Shown in pieces: positions 60,601 to 64,000 of a stretch of 64,000 nt of DNA. Numbering within the stretch: the first letter of the stretch is position 1; each line of letters starts with the position of its first letter. Source of the DNA: Candidatus Eiseniibacteriota bacterium. GTDB taxonomy: Bacteria; Eisenbacteria; RBG-16-71-46. The position numbers and the translations under genes are program-made. The stretch covers positions 1 through 64,000 of the forward strand of contig JANMQY010000030.1 in NCBI GenBank assembly GCA_031370785.1. Reading direction: 5' to 3'. A model generated the notes under the pieces. That model saw nothing but the letters and a program-made list of their open reading frames with translations, was not told where the DNA came from and searched no databases.

Positions 60601-63600
60601 AGCGACATCTCGCTGCCCGCAGCGTCGAAGAACCGGCAGCCGTCGAGATGCATGAGCATCTCCCGCATCGAATCCTCGCGATCCGGTCCGATGGTGTTGA
60701 AGATCAGGCAGGTCTTCTCGCGCAGCGCGGCGGGCGCAAAGCCCGCGAAGTCGATTCCGCCGCCGCGGTTGTTTCCGCCGTTGAACGAGCGGCACGCCGA
60801 CTCCCAGATCGCGTGCACCGTGACCGGCTCGGTGACCGCGAGCGAGCCGACGCGGCACGAGTCGTGGTCGGCTTGGGCGCGCACTGGCGCCTTGGCCGGC
60901 TCGTGCCGCGGCATCACCAGCAGATCGGTGCGCCCGCGCAGCTCGCGGATGTCGCGGATCATCAGCTCGGGCCGGGCTTCGAGCGCGTTGGCATCGAGCG
61001 CTCCGCTCTCGCGGTTCAGCGCGTCGATGAGCACCGCGAGCTTGACCATGTTGAGCGCGGTCCAGTTGCGGAATCGCGAGCGCATCAGCGCGCGGTCGTT
61101 CTGCAGCGTCAGTTCGGGCTTGGTGGTGATGCCGCCGCGCGGGCAGTCGAGGTGGCAGTTGCCGCACTGGTTGCAGCCGAACGCCACCGCCTTGCCGATG
61201 CTCGCCTCCATCAGCGCGTCGGCGCCGGCGATCAGCACCTTGAGCATGTCCATCTCGCCGCGGATGCCGCCCGAGGCGAACAGCCGCGTGCCGCCGCCCG
61301 CGCCGAACGGCGCGCCGTTCAGGTCTCGGATGCTCCTGAGCTCGCCGCTCCGGTCGAGATCCACCTTCTCGTGCACCAGCGCGTGATGGGTGTGCAGGAT
61401 GCTGCGGAAGATGTCGGGCCAGCCAACGTGCGAGGAATCCGCGTGGTAGTTGCCCGAGCCGCCGAGTCCCGCGTCGATGAGCAGGTAGTCGACCACGAAG
61501 TTCGACCACATGCCCGCCGCCACGTAGCGCGTGTAGTTGGAACCGGTGATCTTGATGCCGCAGTGGTTGTGATACAGCAGCCACAGCCACACTTCGGAGG
61601 GCATGTCCTCGATCGAATAGATGTCGTGCTTGGGATCCGGCGAGAGCGCATCGGTGCCGACCGGAATGCTGCGCGCGCGGCTCACTGTCGGAGTCACCTT
61701 CGCGCCCGAGAGCCGCCCGCCCTTGCCGGGCTTCGCACCCTGATTGATCTTGATCTCGACATCGAGCACGCGGCGCAGGTCGGCGGCGTGGATGCCGAAG
61801 TGTCCGCTCGCCGCCTGCATGCTCTCCCACTTCATGTCCTCGTCGCTCGCGAGCCGGATCGGACCGCCTTCGCCCGACGAGGTCATCGCGAGGCCCGCGT
61901 TGCCCTCGACGCGCGCGGTGAGGAAGTCTTCGGATGCGGCCCCGAGCGAGATGCTCGAGTGGTTGACCGGTCCATGCCACACCGGCTCGCGGAATCCGAA
62001 CCCGGATAGCACGAGGCCGCCCCTTGGATCGCGGCGCACCGTGATCGTGCCGTTCACCGAAGCGCGGAGCAGGGAGAGGCCGTGCCCGCCGTGCCCGGCC
62101 GCAGTGAGCTCGACGGTGCTATCCCCGCCCTCGGGATCGCGCGCGACCAGCCACAATGGCTTCTCTCCGGCAAGCACCGCTTCGAGCGCGTTCCCTTTTT
62201 CGAGCTTCATTTCGAATCCGCCTCGCGCATCCGCGGTGAACGAGATCAGCGGGGTTCCGAGCTCTCCCGCCGCGATCGTGACTTCGGCGCGCGGCGCGAC
62301 CGCACCCGGGCGATTGAAGCCACGCGGCACCGCGAGCGAGATGTAGTCGAGCAGCGAAGGATCGTGTTTCAGGCGGTCGAGCGACCAGGCCAGCGATTCG
62401 CGAGAGAGTCTGACCCCGATCGCATCGAGCGAGAACGCGCCCATGTCGCTCTCCATGAAGAAGTCATCCACCGTCGGTATCTCGCCCGCCGCCATGCGGT
62501 AGATCACCTCGAGGAAGTCGGCGTTCAGGTTCCGGTTGGAATTCTCGAGATGATAGTTCGCATTGCGATGCGCGAGGATCCTGGCGGCGTGCACCAGCGG
62601 CAGATCCGCGCGGATCTCGCGCAGCAGGGCCGAGACGCGGAAGCGCTCGCGAATCCCGCGCGGAACCGGCTCCGCGGCGAGGCGCCGCGCGTTGAGCGCC
62701 ACGTTGGTGGCCGCGAACTCGGGCGTGGCCAGCGCGTCGACCTCGCGCACCCAGTCCTCGGTGAGCGTGATCGCCATGGTGTTGCCCGAAGTCTTCTGGA
62801 TGTCATCGATGCCCATGCACGACAGGAAGTCGAGAATGCTGTGCTGCCAGCAGGTGAGCGTATGCAGCGCCTCGTCGCGCAGCTCTTCGGGATCGAAGCC
62901 GCGCAGCTTGGCCACGATCGGCGCGGGATCGGCGCCGTCGTACACGTCCACCAGCTCGGGCAAGAGCGCCAGGCCGGCGAGGTGCGTCATGGCGCCGCCG
63001 TTCGCGCCGAGCAGCACCGATTCGTAGACCGTCGCGGCCGAGGACTGCGTGTCGTGATCCCCGCCCGCGGAGACCAGCTGCACACGCGCGCGCAGGAACC
63101 GGGTCTTGAGGAAGTTGTCGATCAAGGGCGTGAGCCGCCAGCTCTTCTCGGCGGCGGTGTGGTAGTGGATCATCGCGACGCCGTCGGTGCGGGCCGCGTT
63201 CTCCAGCGCTTCCCAGAATCCTTCGCCGAGCCGCAGGTAGACCGAAACCAGCACTTCCGGATTCACTGCGCGGAGCGCGGCGACGTGCGCGGCCAGATCC
63301 GCGCTCCACACCGCCTCGACCAGTCGCGCCGAGGCCAGCGCCTCGGTGAGCGTGACCGCATGGGCGGTCGGCGCGGCCAGATCCGCGACGTGCCTTGGCT
63401 CGAGGCGCAGCATCAGGTTCTCGACGTGCGGGCGCAGCGCGGCGTTGTGCTCGAGGTAGCGGTCGGCCTCGACCACCACCAGCGAGCGGGTGTGCAGGTC
63501 GTTCGCGTCGTCAGCCGCCGCAATCGCCTCGAGGTAGGCGCGCTCGATCGTCTCGCCGTCGCCGTAGGGAATCGGACCCACGATCATTGGCATGTCGAGC

Positions 63601-64000
63601 CGCACCGAACGCAGCGGCAGCCGGGTCTGGCCCTCGGCGGTGCGGAACAGCACCGCCGGATGCTTGCGCACGATGTCCCACGCGGTCGAGAACTCCTCGC
63701 GCAGTCCGTCGTTGGCCGGATGCGTGATCGCGGCGTGCGAGAAGTAGGCGCGCCAGTAGCCGTAGTGCCACGCCGCGCCCAGGGTGAGCGGCTCGCTGCG
63801 GAAGCGCTCCTTGATCACCTTCTCGAGATCGAACGAGGTGATGCCGAGCTGCGGGATCTCGCGCGACACGCGCGAATACCTGGCGAGAAACGCGCGCCCG
63901 CGCTGCCCGCGCGACATCTTCCAGAACGCGTCTTCGGAAATGTCGTGGCGTTCGAGCAGATACGACAGCAGCGCGCGCTTGGGCTTGCGGTCTTCGACCT
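57675..64000 (-). CDS. Giant glutamate-synthase-related fusion with permuted domains; 5' end outside the window
   Basis: Frame open to 64000. SGEGG, QAASGHFG, EIKINQGAKPG, HDIYSIED and CNQCGNCHLDCP come first, then DHDSC, HRYPTN, AHPF and HNGE, then a GXGXG-type beta-helix. Confidence 0.88.
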   Translation of the reverse strand, partial: VEDRKPKRALLSYLLERHDISEDAFWKMSRGQRGRAFLARYSRVSREIPQLGITSFDLEKVIKERFRSEPLTLGAAWHYGYWRAYFSHAAITHPANDGLREEFSTAWDIVRKHPAVLFRTAEGQTRLPLRSVRLDMPMIVGPIPYGDGETIERAYLEAIAAADDANDLHTRSLVVVEADRYLEHNAALRPHVENLMLRLEPRHVADLAAPTAHAVTLTEALASARLVEAVWSADLAAHVAALRAVNPEVLVSVYLRLGEGFWEALENAARTDGVAMIHYHTAAEKSWRLTPLIDNFLKTRFLRARVQLVSAGGDHDTQSSAATVYESVLLGANGGAMTHLAGLALLPELVDVYDGADPAPIVAKLRGFDPEELRDEALHTLTCWQHSILDFLSCMGIDDIQKTSGNTMAITLTEDWVREVDALATPEFAATNVALNARRLAAEPVPRGIRERFRVSALLREIRADLPLVHAARILAHRNANYHLENSNRNLNADFLEVIYRMAAGEIPTVDDFFMESDMGAFSLDAIGVRLSRESLAWSLDRLKHDPSLLDYISLAVPRGFNRPGAVAPRAEVTIAAGELGTPLISFTADARGGFEMKLEKGNALEAVLAGEKPLWLVARDPEGGDSTVELTAAGHGGHGLSLLRASVNGTITVRRDPRGGLVLSGFGFREPVWHGPVNHSSISLGAASEDFLTARVEGNAGLAMTSSGEGGPIRLASDEDMKWESMQAASGHFGIHAADLRRVLDVEIKINQGAKPGKGGRLSGAKVTPTVSRARSIPVGTDALSPDPKHDIYSIEDMPSEVWLWLLYHNHCGIKITGSNYTRYVAAGMWSNFVVDYLLIDAGLGGSGNYHADSSHVGWPDIFRSILHTHHALVHEKVDLDRSGELRSIRDLNGAPFGAGGGTRLFASGGIRGEMDMLKVLIAGADALMEASIGKAVAFGCNQCGNCHLDCPRGGITTKPELTLQNDRALMRSRFRNWTALNMVKLAVLIDALNRESGALDANALEARPELMIRDIRELRGRTDLLVMPRHEPAKAPVRAQADHDSCRVGSLAVTEPVTVHAIWESACRSFNGGNNRGGGIDFAGFAPAALREKTCLIFNTIGPDREDSMREMLMHLDGCRFFDAAGSEMSLVEAQDRLFEFRLPVRERYAGEDGWRLADLRENPGDFYTFFVELKREVQRRYGRALVASTHWLQRRTKYGDLSDETLMAALDDAEAGSRAGDRSDGGDTGRRLRDFIADVREEYFTALAHILDSRYYRTHRPVDAPEGMYADKRRGFVVSMGEDLGAIKISGWTHTIPEYFDFDRFWAGYPGAAEKGGVEVTVKGNTFATPALYAHVWGMHHRYPTNSPAIDPEGRGNPAGAHPFKAYNVLLMHNGEQVAVDSTSPFLNEFGYVHVDPSMGERAELFHGDSVYARKALTDTEYAAYLVDFTRRVLGLTTEEASQIISPITGFDLAGMDEDRRAKLRLLMTNYVQLTPTGPYKFTIVESRRVPTGGGAETRVVGFRENMDIKFLRPHEIIVTHDSAAGGVRAVANGSEAKIADSMLRVLHQQGILGDAAADLRFSMRPGGNPQRREHGGVFEAFTEPGSGTIDLRNRFGEPVLVERAGAKVDLFAPLEEVAERADGAWRAMVEERLSQLARTLEGAGAMSAKRMFGPDDLLPPPANELIDSVLGGAKALSFESLRWLAEVALPAFAHDSDPRRPAAIRILTELRKRLAFCDLGGKALSSVEYLTDGGRKAAPEGGGMGEAEGGLYRILDQLPLLFDVLSHPTRGVGRYGRLTLDTRDDLASPNDPVRDVLVIDFAGFASESFGLNSASRIVSEAVRLGWKNLIGYDFIGGPRYVGTNLANPDSSPAKGVTIELYGREFGDFIGALLEGAEIWLYGQGQSHQGMKADSGYLFVLQDVLNTSMYSAHGGTISLWDSGSRFAVAGQNKVFLADGKTPAPGLKTVHFGSPNEYAFEYLMSGGDNSLHIVMGLRKPDAKGELSLRPRPYSAKFFMSGAAAGRVFVFDPEVKLDPAQYRGNVLTATSPEEWTRDVAPLLSREARRRGIPLRIEGEHLTLRLEGVWKRWHFSEAFAKLVPLKVAKAAQQAGVVPPPLVQMAGE

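Overview
High-GC bacterial window. Several secreted proteins carry C-terminal FlgD-like Ig tails, which suggests Candidatus Eisenbacteria or a relative (inference). It has three parts. (1) 1-13.4 kb: a lipoprotein, a SolA-like oxidase, two CPBP/CAAX proteases, a Com-like zinc ribbon, a GT-C glycosyltransferase, an RRE/PqqD-M50 protease fusion, Tag, a patatin and an ABC exporter. (2) About 13.4-45.5 kb, possibly to 48.3 kb: a mosaic heavy-metal island. It holds a DtxR/MntR-porin-cytochrome c operon with a visible promoter and operator, and an RGPP-ending Cys/His leader ahead of a TolC-MFP-CusA/CzcA-cupredoxin-BNR-CopA operon. It also holds DUF305, an IS21 nested in a decayed IS3, a Cyc2-like cytochrome-porin fusion, xfp-ackA, an MFS transporter and three P1B ATPases of different subtypes, and ends at an AraC remnant. 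(3) 48.5-64 kb: FlgD-tailed secreted proteases, gene remnants, and a >2100-aa glutamate-synthase-like protein running off the window edge. That protein has a permuted domain order (degenerate barrel, FMN/Fe-S barrel, internal Ntn amidotransferase, GXGXG) and probably self-cleaves. I saw no tRNA, rRNA or CRISPR array. All calls come from motif recognition by eye; no database searches were run.
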